The notes: generated by a model from the sequence alone, not told the origin. A stretch of DNA of 64,000 bases from Bacteroidaceae bacterium (GCA_045612925.1 JAZKZX010000060.1:25866-89865), one strand, 5' to 3'. Shown: positions 18,503-26,519, numbered from the stretch's first letter. Numbers and translations are program-made.

Positions 18503-18646
18503 TTAGGGAGTTAAGGAGTTTAGGTGTTACGCTCCGCTTAGGAGTATAGACGATAGTCCGTCCGCGGCTTGCGATTTTCATAGTCTAAAGTATCGTCTTT
18601 ACTCCTTCACTCCTATACACCTTTACTCCCAAGAAGAAACACTTCT
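18503..18646 (-). repeat. GGAGT-rich palindromic element, copy A.
   Basis: Near-identical core to 36221-36402, 32288-32520 and 41729-41903. Abuts the stop of 18647..19366. Confidence 0.8.
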
Positions 18647-19366
18647 TTACTCCTCCCAGTCGGGGTCGAAGTTGTAGAGCCACTTGTCGTAGTCTTCGTC
18701 GCTGAGGGGCTCGGGGAGAAACTCGCCCTCGCTACTGATGTAGCCCCAGGTGTCACCCAGGCGTACATGTACCTTGTTGTCCTCGTCGGGCTCAATCTCT
18801 TCGAAGCGGGGAGCCACGAAGTCGCCACCTAAGGTGCAGAAACCATACTTGTCCTCATCCTTGAGGATGATGATGTGGTTGAACGGTTCGTAGATGGTGT
18901 CTACCATAGCGGGGAAGAGTGCAGAGCCGTCGGGGCATAGGAGGGTAGTCTTGTTTCCGACATGTGCTCTGAAGTCGCTGGTCCAGGGGAAGATTTCGAT
19001 ATAGTCATAGGCAAACTCGCACAGAGGTGTGCCACTGCCGTCGGCCTTGACGATGGCATACTTGTCCTCGCTGTTCATGACGGCTACGGGGAGGCTGCGC
19101 CAATGGTCGTAGCGGTAGCGGTCACCGATGGCCTTGTACTGGGCGGGGATGCGCACCTTGCCGGTGATGTCCATGAGGCCTGTGAGACCATTCTCGGTGA
19201 ACTCCTGATCGAAGAAGTCGTACTCGGCGGTGAGTGCCTCTACCTTTCTCAAGTACTCGTTGGCGAGGTCGAGGTCGTTGCTCTTCAGGGCGGCGTTCAT
19301 CTCAGCGTTGTAGGCTACGAAGGTTGAGATCGTCTCGGCGGTGGGGAGTAGTTTTGTCTGTTCCAT
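18647..19366 (-). CDS. 239-aa WG-repeat-like protein, paralog of 14688..15404.
   Basis: Complete ORF. See the paralog entry for the shared runs. Confidence 0.75.
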   Translation of the reverse strand: MEQTKLLPTAETISTFVAYNAEMNAALKSNDLDLANEYLRKVEALTAEYDFFDQEFTENGLTGLMDITGKVRIPAQYKAIGDRYRYDHWRSLPVAVMNSEDKYAIVKADGSGTPLCEFAYDYIEIFPWTSDFRAHVGNKTTLLCPDGSALFPAMVDTIYEPFNHIIILKDEDKYGFCTLGGDFVAPRFEEIEPDEDNKVHVRLGDTWGYISSEGEFLPEPLSDEDYDKWLYNFDPDWEE

Positions 19367-19417
19367 GTGAATGTAATGTTTTAAAGGTTTATAACTCGTG
19401 TTTCAATTTTCATGCTG

Positions 19418-19462
19418 CAAAGTAATACATATTTTTTGTGAAAGGCTGTGAATCCTGTACAC
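19418..19462 (-). promoter_or_regulatory. Island promoter copy 4 (proximal).
   Basis: GTGTACAGGATTCAC (19462-19448), then 22 nt, then TTACTTTG (19425-19418). ATG at 19366. Confidence 0.7.
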
Positions 19463-19518
19463 GCTCGAACAAATTTTCTTTATATGTCAGTAAACTCGTG
19501 TCCTCAGTTTTCATGACG

Positions 19519-19563
19519 CAAAGTAATATATAATCTATGAGAAAAATCGTGAATCCTGTACGC
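19519..19563 (-). promoter_or_regulatory. Island promoter copy 5 (distal, a tandem duplicate of copy 4).
   Basis: GCGTACAGGATTCAC (19563-19549), then 22 nt, then TTACTTTG (19526-19519). Confidence 0.6.
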
Positions 19564-19678
19564 GGCTCGTTTTTAGACGATTTTGTTGGGAAGTGCTTGG
19601 AAATGTCGAATATTTTTTATAATATTTGCAAATCGAGTAACGAAAAATCTTATACTAATCTTAATACCTATATATATT

Positions 19679-20416
19679 ATGGCAAATCCTACTTATCCAC
19701 TGGACAGACGAGTGCTTGAGATTATCATGGTGCTTACAGAAACTACACGTGAGGTTAATCTCGATACCGAAGCTAAGGCAACTAACGCCGTGTTTGAGAA
19801 AATTAGCACCAAGGTAGCAGATGAAGCATGGGAGATGGTGCGAGGAAATAGAAGTGAAGATGAACGCACTAAGGAGTATAAACCTAAGGATCCTAATACG
19901 TGGAAGCGCGTATTCGGGCACAACAATATGAGCAAGGGGTCTACCATCGGCACTGAAACTCTGAATCAGATATTGCTATTCCTTGACTACGCAAAGTGGG
20001 AAGATGTAGTAAAAGACCTCGACAATTTGTATAAGCGTGTCGTAGAAGAGCAGCAGCCCATTCGTAAAGCTGATGATGTGTCGGAACAAACACCGTATAC
20101 CAACTTCAGCCACCTGAGACCGGGCGATGAACTGGATGTGTATTGGCTCAAGAGTAGCAGATATGATGCGCCAGGCGAGGCTTGCATGAAAATTCGTTAT
20201 CTGGGAAGTTATGGAACTTATGGTGCACCTAAATTCCATATCAATGCCGTGCAGAACTGCTCGCTCGAGGCAGGAGAGGATTTTGATGCCCAGTGCTTAG
20301 AAGAGGGCATGAAGATTATGCTCACCAACCGACGACTCAACAATCGCCACAGAGGCAATTATGTGAGCGGCAGTGCGGTGACCTCTATCAAGATTTTCCG
20401 CAAGAAGGATTGCTGA
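19679..20416 (+). CDS. 245-aa protein of unknown function, paralog of 15629..16324; candidate regulator.
   Basis: ATG at 19679 (MANPTYPLDRRVLEII...). The track ORF starts upstream at a non-ATG codon. Confidence 0.7.
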   Translation: MANPTYPLDRRVLEIIMVLTETTREVNLDTEAKATNAVFEKISTKVADEAWEMVRGNRSEDERTKEYKPKDPNTWKRVFGHNNMSKGSTIGTETLNQILLFLDYAKWEDVVKDLDNLYKRVVEEQQPIRKADDVSEQTPYTNFSHLRPGDELDVYWLKSSRYDAPGEACMKIRYLGSYGTYGAPKFHINAVQNCSLEAGEDFDAQCLEEGMKIMLTNRRLNNRHRGNYVSGSAVTSIKIFRKKDC

Positions 20417-20533
20417 TAGGGAAGTATTCTCTTTTCCCAATATCTGTCAGTTGCATATATTATATATAGAATTAATATGTGGTTTGAATAGGGCTATTAA
20501 CGTAGGGAAATAACTATATAAAGGAATGTGAAT

Positions 20534-23500
20534 ATGGTGTGTATAGATGCAAGGAGATTGGCTTTATGGGAGTCCATGTCTGAAGAACAGAGATTGGAAA
20601 CATTGATTCAATATATGCAAAAATATGTTGTTGACAGGACTTATGATAACTATATTTTGCTTGCATTAGCTGCTAATGGCTTTTTGGATATCACATACAC
20701 TCATCAACCATTAGACGAATCAGTGCTTCGCCATATGGATAAGCCCCATGTGGTATTCAATCATGATCCAGATGGTATATGGAGAAAAAGGGTTGTTGAC
20801 GAAATAAATATTGTCCATATGGTCCCAGACAATCATCTGTTTCATCCGTTAGTAAAATATATGCAATCATTTTATGCTAATGGCTATTCTCGTTTATTGG
20901 ATATATACTCTTCAAAATTCGAAGCAGATTTTATGCTCTCTTATCTGCTATTATTAATAGGACAAGAGAATCTTAAGAGAAATTTTCGTAAAATATTACT
21001 TGATACATATCGACCTGAAGTAGACAATACTTTACATTTAACAACGAGTCCTATAGAAAGGAAATATGGAAATTGGGAAGCTTTTGCGAAAGCTTATTTA
21101 AATATAAATCACGGAAGAGTTCTTGATGTTTGTGCGGGTATTGGAACGTTTGCCATGCATATAGATTTGAAGAATACGACATATGTAGCTAATATGCCCA
21201 AGCGAATGGAAAATGATTTAATGAAAATGTTTTTCTATTCTGATGCTGAGTTTTCTTCTTATTACAAGCATAATCAAATTCAGGTGTGTGAGGATGATTT
21301 ATCTGATTTGGTGAAAAAAGGGCAACTATTTGACTATGTTATTTTCAATGGAGATAATATGTATAATATACATAATCTCGGGAAGGGAGAAAGTGATTTT
21401 ATAATAGAGTCTCATGATGTATTAAATCCTTTTCGTTTTAAAGAGGATTCACTTGAGTTAATAATGAAGTTGTTGTCTTCGGGTGGAAAGGCTTTGGCGG
21501 TAGTTGAAAATGAGAATTTATCTTATTTCCCAGAGGATTTGTATGGACATTGTATTGTTGATGTAATTCTAATTAGTCCTTATAGGAGTATTGTTTTATT
21601 GAATAACGATAAGAAGGTTAATGCAATCAAGGTGTATGATCGAACAACGTGGAATGATTTTACAGCAGAACGATTATTGGATAGCATTAACAGGCAAGAA
21701 GGTTTAATTACAATAACTCCTGAGTACTTAGATTGCATGGGGGGATATCTAAATGTTGATATTCTCAAACGGGATTTATATGAGATAGAGGTCCCTGTAG
21801 GGTACAAACTCCTCAAACTAGATAATATTGTGAATAGTGTTATTCCATCAATATATTATGGTTTATATGACAGTACTAAAATTTTGAATTACAATATAGA
21901 GGAATGTACTCCATTATCACCTTATGTTACCGCTCTTAATGGGCGATTCCCAGCAAAACATGAAAAAGACAACCCTTTCTCGTATTTCACTATTAAAGAT
22001 AGAGTTGTACTCATTCATTGCTTAAATAGGGAAAACTATAAGACTTGTATTTTTGACCCCAAAGAAGGAGAAATTGCTGTTGATTCGAATTATGTATACC
22101 TTTCTATCGATGAAGAGAAAGTTTGTATCGACTATCTTGTGTATCAAATGAATGAGGAGTATTTTCTTAAACAAATATTCCCTCATGGAAGGGAAAATAT
22201 AAACCATGTAGAGGATGAAGATATTTACTCTTGTCAGATTCTCGTCCCAGATGGAGAATCAAGTATAGAGCTCCAAAAGCAATTCATCGAAGACCTACGG
22301 CAAAGAGAAATTGCAAAGTTCGCTAAAAATTATGGATACGACTTGGGTAAATTTGTGCAGTACGAAGCCAGCAACCTGCCCAAGGGAACAACGTTGCATA
22401 GTAAAGAATATACCTATACCATTTTGGGAAATATCGGTTATGGTGGCTTCGGCAAGGTTTATAGGGCTATGAATGAGGATACCATGACGGAGGTTGCTAT
22501 TAAGGAATTCTTCCATAATGCACTTCAAGTGAGAGATCCTCAGACGAATGAGGTTAAGGTCAAATTTTCAGATTTTGATGCTATTGACTTTGCGGAGAAG
22601 AAATTTTGTGGTGAAATAGAAAAAATAAAGGAGTGCGCTCACGACAATATCGTAAAGGTATATGAGTTCTTTAGGGAGAACAATACTTGCTATTACTCTA
22701 TGGAATATATCGATGGGGAAAACCTCGTAAATAAAAAATGCATCGGAGAGCGTGAGGCACTTGCTATTATCAGACAGGTGGCTGGAGCCTTGAAGGCAAT
22801 GCATGAAAAGGGGTACAATCACTCGGATGTGAAGCCACAAAATATCTTAATAGATGACAATGGAGTGGCTACCTTGATTGATTTCGGGGGTGCACACTAC
22901 TATGGATATGACAACGATGAGGGGGTGTCGATATCGGGCAATTCGGTTGCCATGAAGATTGAGTCACCAGGATATACGCCAAAGTGTGCCTATGACACAC
23001 AGAAATTCCATGCAGGAAGGGATATCTATTCATTGGGCGCGACACTGTATTATATGCTTACTGGTAATTCACCTGCAACTATCGATAAGCAGATGAAGCC
23101 CGACAAGATATCTTCCAAGTCGTGGAGGGCAATATGCAAGGCAATGGAGGAGGACTCAAGTAAATGGCTCAACAGCATGGATGAGTTCTTAGCGCTTTTG
23201 CCTAGCGATGAAGAGGAGAAAATAGACAATATAGATGTGTCAGAGCCAACAAGAAAATGGCGAATAACTCCAACCCCAATAGTGGAACTAAAGATGGATG
23301 AGGTGTTTGTCTTTGGAAGCAACATTAAAGGCTTACATACTGGCGGTGCTGCAAAGCAAGCGCTTAAATGGGGAGCGCAAATGGGCGTAGCATCTGGTCC
23401 CATGGGGGATACCTATGCTATACCTACGGTAAATGTTACGGGGCTTGATGCGATTGAGGGATATGTGTCGCAATTCATAAAATATGTAGAGGGGAATGAC

Positions 23501-23656
23501 CATATAACCTTTTATGTAACAGCCATTGGTTGTGGCAATGCTGGCTTCTCTCCCGAGCAGATAGCTCCTCTCTTCAGAGATTGTATCGACTTGTCCAATG
23601 TCTATCTGCCCGAAAGCTTCTGGAGAGTACTCCGAAATAAGGGCCTCATAAAGTAG
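20534..23656 (+). CDS. 1040-aa fusion: SAM-methyltransferase-like domain with degenerate motif IV, a Hanks-type Ser/Thr kinase and a C-terminal A1S_2505-like domain.
   Basis: MTase motif I RVLDVCAGIGTF. At the motif IV position, FDYVIFNGDN replaces NPPY/F. Kinase motifs GYGGFGKVY, VAIKEF, HSDVKPQNILI and DFGGA. C-terminus VFVFGSNIKGLHTGGAAKQALKWGA..GDTYAIPT...AIGCGNAGF. ATG at 20534 (the track starts at a GTG at 20528). Confidence 0.8.
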   Translation: MVCIDARRLALWESMSEEQRLETLIQYMQKYVVDRTYDNYILLALAANGFLDITYTHQPLDESVLRHMDKPHVVFNHDPDGIWRKRVVDEINIVHMVPDNHLFHPLVKYMQSFYANGYSRLLDIYSSKFEADFMLSYLLLLIGQENLKRNFRKILLDTYRPEVDNTLHLTTSPIERKYGNWEAFAKAYLNINHGRVLDVCAGIGTFAMHIDLKNTTYVANMPKRMENDLMKMFFYSDAEFSSYYKHNQIQVCEDDLSDLVKKGQLFDYVIFNGDNMYNIHNLGKGESDFIIESHDVLNPFRFKEDSLELIMKLLSSGGKALAVVENENLSYFPEDLYGHCIVDVILISPYRSIVLLNNDKKVNAIKVYDRTTWNDFTAERLLDSINRQEGLITITPEYLDCMGGYLNVDILKRDLYEIEVPVGYKLLKLDNIVNSVIPSIYYGLYDSTKILNYNIEECTPLSPYVTALNGRFPAKHEKDNPFSYFTIKDRVVLIHCLNRENYKTCIFDPKEGEIAVDSNYVYLSIDEEKVCIDYLVYQMNEEYFLKQIFPHGRENINHVEDEDIYSCQILVPDGESSIELQKQFIEDLRQREIAKFAKNYGYDLGKFVQYEASNLPKGTTLHSKEYTYTILGNIGYGGFGKVYRAMNEDTMTEVAIKEFFHNALQVRDPQTNEVKVKFSDFDAIDFAEKKFCGEIEKIKECAHDNIVKVYEFFRENNTCYYSMEYIDGENLVNKKCIGEREALAIIRQVAGALKAMHEKGYNHSDVKPQNILIDDNGVATLIDFGGAHYYGYDNDEGVSISGNSVAMKIESPGYTPKCAYDTQKFHAGRDIYSLGATLYYMLTGNSPATIDKQMKPDKISSKSWRAICKAMEEDSSKWLNSMDEFLALLPSDEEEKIDNIDVSEPTRKWRITPTPIVELKMDEVFVFGSNIKGLHTGGAAKQALKWGAQMGVASGPMGDTYAIPTVNVTGLDAIEGYVSQFIKYVEGNDHITFYVTAIGCGNAGFSPEQIAPLFRDCIDLSNVYLPESFWRVLRNKGLIK

Positions 23657-23657
23657 C

Positions 23658-23702
23658 GTGTACAAGATTCACAGCACGATCAAAAACTTGTAATTATCTT
23701 TG
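23658..23702 (+). promoter_or_regulatory. Island promoter copy 6 (plus strand).
   Basis: GTGTACAAGATTCAC (23658-23672), then 22 nt, then TATCTTTG (23695-23702). The box starts 2 nt after the kinase-fusion stop. ATG at 23732. Confidence 0.75.
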
Positions 23703-23731
23703 CGGCATAAACGATAAAGGACTATTTACTT

Positions 23732-24508
23732 ATGCTTACCGATAAGAACATCATTGTCATAGGCGATGTGCATGGACGCACATCGTGGCGGAGGATTGTT
23801 GATCGGCACACGGGTTGCCGATTCGTGTTCTTGGGCGACTACTGCGACCCCTATGAGGAGATACCCGGTGAGGCGGTGCTCGACAACCTGAAGGAGATTA
23901 TCCATTTCAAGCAGGAGCATCCCGACGAGGTGGTACTCCTGTTGGGAAATCATGATGTGCACTACATAGACTACGGAGCTCCCCTCTGCTCGCGAATCAA
24001 CCTGGAGCTGGCTTGGCAGCTTAGGGAGATCTTCACCAAGCATGCCGACTGTTTCCAGTGCGCCCATAGCGAGCGGGGCATCCTCTTTACCCATGCAGGG
24101 GTCTCCGAGGCATGGTTCTGCCAGTCGTTCGTGGGCGATGCCGATGGCGACATCGCTTCGCAGCTCAATGCCCGCTCCACAGACAAGGTCCTTTACCACT
24201 GCGGAGCGGCACGCCGAGGCCCTCATCCCCATGGAGGCATCTACTGGGCAGGGAAGAGCGAAATGCTATGTCCGCTCCGAGGGACGACGCAAGTGGTGGG
24301 GCATACACGCACCGAGGGCGTGGAGCGCATCGAGAGTGGCGAGGGGGTAGTGTACTTCTGTGACTGTCTGGAGAAAGGCAAGTACCTCATGATCGAGGGC
24401 GGATCAGTCCCACAACTCTACGAACTGAAGATTGATAGCGAGGAGCGAAGATCTCTCACTGCTCACCTCACGTCGAGCAGCGTGATGTCAAAGATGAGGG
24501 TAGAGTAG
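23732..24508 (+). CDS. Calcineurin-like (PPP-type) metallophosphoesterase, probably a Ser/Thr protein phosphatase.
   Basis: Motifs GDVHGR, FLGDYCD, GNHD, THAG and VVGHT. Confidence 0.8.
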   Translation: MLTDKNIIVIGDVHGRTSWRRIVDRHTGCRFVFLGDYCDPYEEIPGEAVLDNLKEIIHFKQEHPDEVVLLLGNHDVHYIDYGAPLCSRINLELAWQLREIFTKHADCFQCAHSERGILFTHAGVSEAWFCQSFVGDADGDIASQLNARSTDKVLYHCGAARRGPHPHGGIYWAGKSEMLCPLRGTTQVVGHTRTEGVERIESGEGVVYFCDCLEKGKYLMIEGGSVPQLYELKIDSEERRSLTAHLTSSSVMSKMRVE

Positions 24509-24861
24509 GGCTTGATGACTCCCGCTTGGCGGGTGCCGTAGCCGAGGTGATAGGGGATGACGATCTCCCAGCGTGAGCCTGCGGGCATCTCGCGCAGCGC
24601 CGTGTTCCATCCCGTGATGAGTTCGCCCAAGCGAAAGGTGGCAGGGCGCCCCTTCTGCGTCTGGTCAAACACCTTACCGTTGATCAGCATGCCCTTGTAG
24701 TACACGGTGATGTGGCTCTTGGGCGAGGGCTTGGGCCCATTGCCCTTGGTGATGATGCGGTACATGACGCCGTTGAACATGGTCTTCACGCCTGGTCTCT
24801 GGGCATACTCCTGCAAGAACTCCTGATTCTTCGCTTTGTACTGGTTTTCGATGGGTGGCAT
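24463..24861 (-). CDS. FKBP-type peptidyl-prolyl cis-trans isomerase.
   Basis: FKBP core VTVYYKGMLINGKVFDQT...FRLGELITGWNTAL..IPYHLGYG. Preferred start is the ATG at 24861, which lies 33 nt downstream of a -7 box TACATTTG (complement of 24895-24902). The track ORF extends to 25056. Confidence 0.7.
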   Translation of the reverse strand: MPPIENQYKAKNQEFLQEYAQRPGVKTMFNGVMYRIITKGNGPKPSPKSHITVYYKGMLINGKVFDQTQKGRPATFRLGELITGWNTALREMPAGSRWEIVIPYHLGYGTRQAGVIKPYSTLIFDITLLDVR

Positions 24862-25163
24862 GGTGCGGTAGTCTGTGTCTTTTCTTTGAGTGTACAAATG
24901 TACAACATTATTTTCAGATAGCCTACTTGTGATGGTGATATATTTCGTGACGATCGGCTTGTATGAGAAGTTGATGCAATCTCCCTCTTCCAGCATAAAA
25001 TAAAGCCGCAGGGTGCATAATTTAGCAATAATGTGGGCGATGCGAATATTTTTCACTAATTTTGTACCCTGAGAGTAGGCACTCCATTGAAAAGGGGGTG
25101 CTGAATAGTTTTTTTTGATGTAAAAACCGAAGGTTTGTTTATTAAAGAGTAAAGCGTAGTTGT

Positions 25164-26519
25164 ATGAAGATAGCTGTTGCTGGTACTGGTTATGTGGGCC
25201 TTAGTATGGCGACCCTTTTGGCACAACACCATCGTGTAGTGGCTGTTGACATCATCCCCGAGAAGGTCGAGATGATCAACCGTCGCCAATCACCTATCCA
25301 AGACGAATACATTGAGAAGTTCTTTGCTGCCAAAGAACTGGACCTCACGGCTACCCTCGATGCCGAACAGGCTTATAAGGATGCCGAGTTTGTGATCGTC
25401 GCTGCGCCTACCAACTACGATAGTCAGCGCAACTTCTTCGACACCTCGGCTGTAGAGAAGGTGATAGACTTAGTGCTGAAGTGTAATCCCGATGCGATTA
25501 TCATCATCAAGAGCACCATTCCTGTGGGCTATACCGAGTCCATTCGCAAGAAGACAGGCAGTGATAATATCCTCTTTTCGCCCGAGTTCCTCCGTGAGAG
25601 TAAGGCCTTGTACGATAACCTCTACCCGAGCCGCATCATTGTGGGGCGCCCTGAAGGGGATGCTCGCTTAGATAAGGCAGCCCACACCTTTGCCCGTCTC
25701 CTCGTCGAAGGCGCCATCGGCAATGGTGACAATAACGCTAACACCCCGGAGGGTTTAAAGTCCTCTCTTGGAGAGGATTTAGGGGAGGTCCCATCGCTTA
25801 CTAAGGGCATTCCCGTGCTCTTTATGGGGCTCACCGAGGCTGAGGCAGTAAAGCTCTTTGCTAACACTTATCTCGCTTTGCGTGTCAGCTATTTCAATGA
25901 GCTCGACACCTATGCTGAGATGAAAGGCCTGGACTCTGCAGCCATCATTGAAGGTATCGGTCTCGACCCACGCATCGGCACCTACTACAACAACCCCTCA
26001 TTCGGCTATGGAGGCTACTGCCTGCCCAAAGATACCAAGCAACTCTTGGCCAACTATCAGGATGTGCCGCAGAACATGATGACAGCCATTGTAGAGAGCA
26101 ACCGCACCCGCAAGGATTTCATCGCCGATCAGGTGCTCCGCCTCGCCGGCTGGTACGGCTATAGCGAGAGTAATCAATATGTGGCATGTTCATCAACTTC
26201 CTCTCTTTCAGGAAAGGGCAGGGGAGAGGCCTCTGTTCCCGTCATCGGTGTCTACCGCCTCACCATGAAGGCCAATTCAGATAACTTCCGCCAGAGCTCC
26301 ATTCAAGGCGTCATGAAGCGCATCAAGGCCAAGGGGACCGAGGTCATCGTCTACGAGCCCACCCTGCAGGATGGCTCCACCTTCTTCGGAAGTAGAGTAG
26401 TCAACGACCTCGCAGCCTTCAAGTCACAAGCTCAAGCCATCATCGCCAACCGCTACGATGCCGTCCTCGATGATGTACAAGATAAGGTATACACTCGCGA
26501 CATCTTTAGAAGAGATTAA
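25164..26519 (+). CDS. ugd: UDP-glucose 6-dehydrogenase.
   Basis: N-terminal Rossmann motif [13 protein letters not shown]. Catalytic-Cys motif [15 protein letters not shown]-terminus VYTRDIF. Two extra segments compared with the roughly 388-aa enterobacterial enzyme. Confidence 0.9.
   Translation: MKIAVAGTGYVGLSMATLLAQHHRVVAVDIIPEKVEMINRRQSPIQDEYIEKFFAAKELDLTATLDAEQAYKDAEFVIVAAPTNYDSQRNFFDTSAVEKVIDLVLKCNPDAIIIIKSTIPVGYTESIRKKTGSDNILFSPEFLRESKALYDNLYPSRIIVGRPEGDARLDKAAHTFARLLVEGAIGNGDNNANTPEGLKSSLGEDLGEVPSLTKGIPVLFMGLTEAEAVKLFANTYLALRVSYFNELDTYAEMKGLDSAAIIEGIGLDPRIGTYYNNPSFGYGGYCLPKDTKQLLANYQDVPQNMMTAIVESNRTRKDFIADQVLRLAGWYGYSESNQYVACSSTSSLSGKGRGEASVPVIGVYRLTMKANSDNFRQSSIQGVMKRIKAKGTEVIVYEPTLQDGSTFFGSRVVNDLAAFKSQAQAIIANRYDAVLDDVQDKVYTRDIFRRD

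Noticed and set aside
18303-18581. A 92-aa ORF in the supplied track (MKIASRGRTIVYTPK...SSKGMIEAEQS).
   Set aside because: It is a chimera. Its 5' end is the repeat-element mini-ORF and its 3' end is the remnant of a PfkB kinase gene, read through a spacer. I treat it as a scar, not a gene.
24890-24904. GTGTACAAATGTACA, which resembles the start of the island box.
   Set aside because: Only the first 8 nt match, the GATTCAC half is missing, and no -7 box lies at the 22-nt spacing on that strand.
24862-25056. A longer FKBP ORF starting at 25056.
   Set aside because: The extra 65 residues are AT-rich and unlike FKBP N-domains, and they contain a good TACATTTG -7 box for the ATG at 24861. I kept the longer start only as a less likely alternative.
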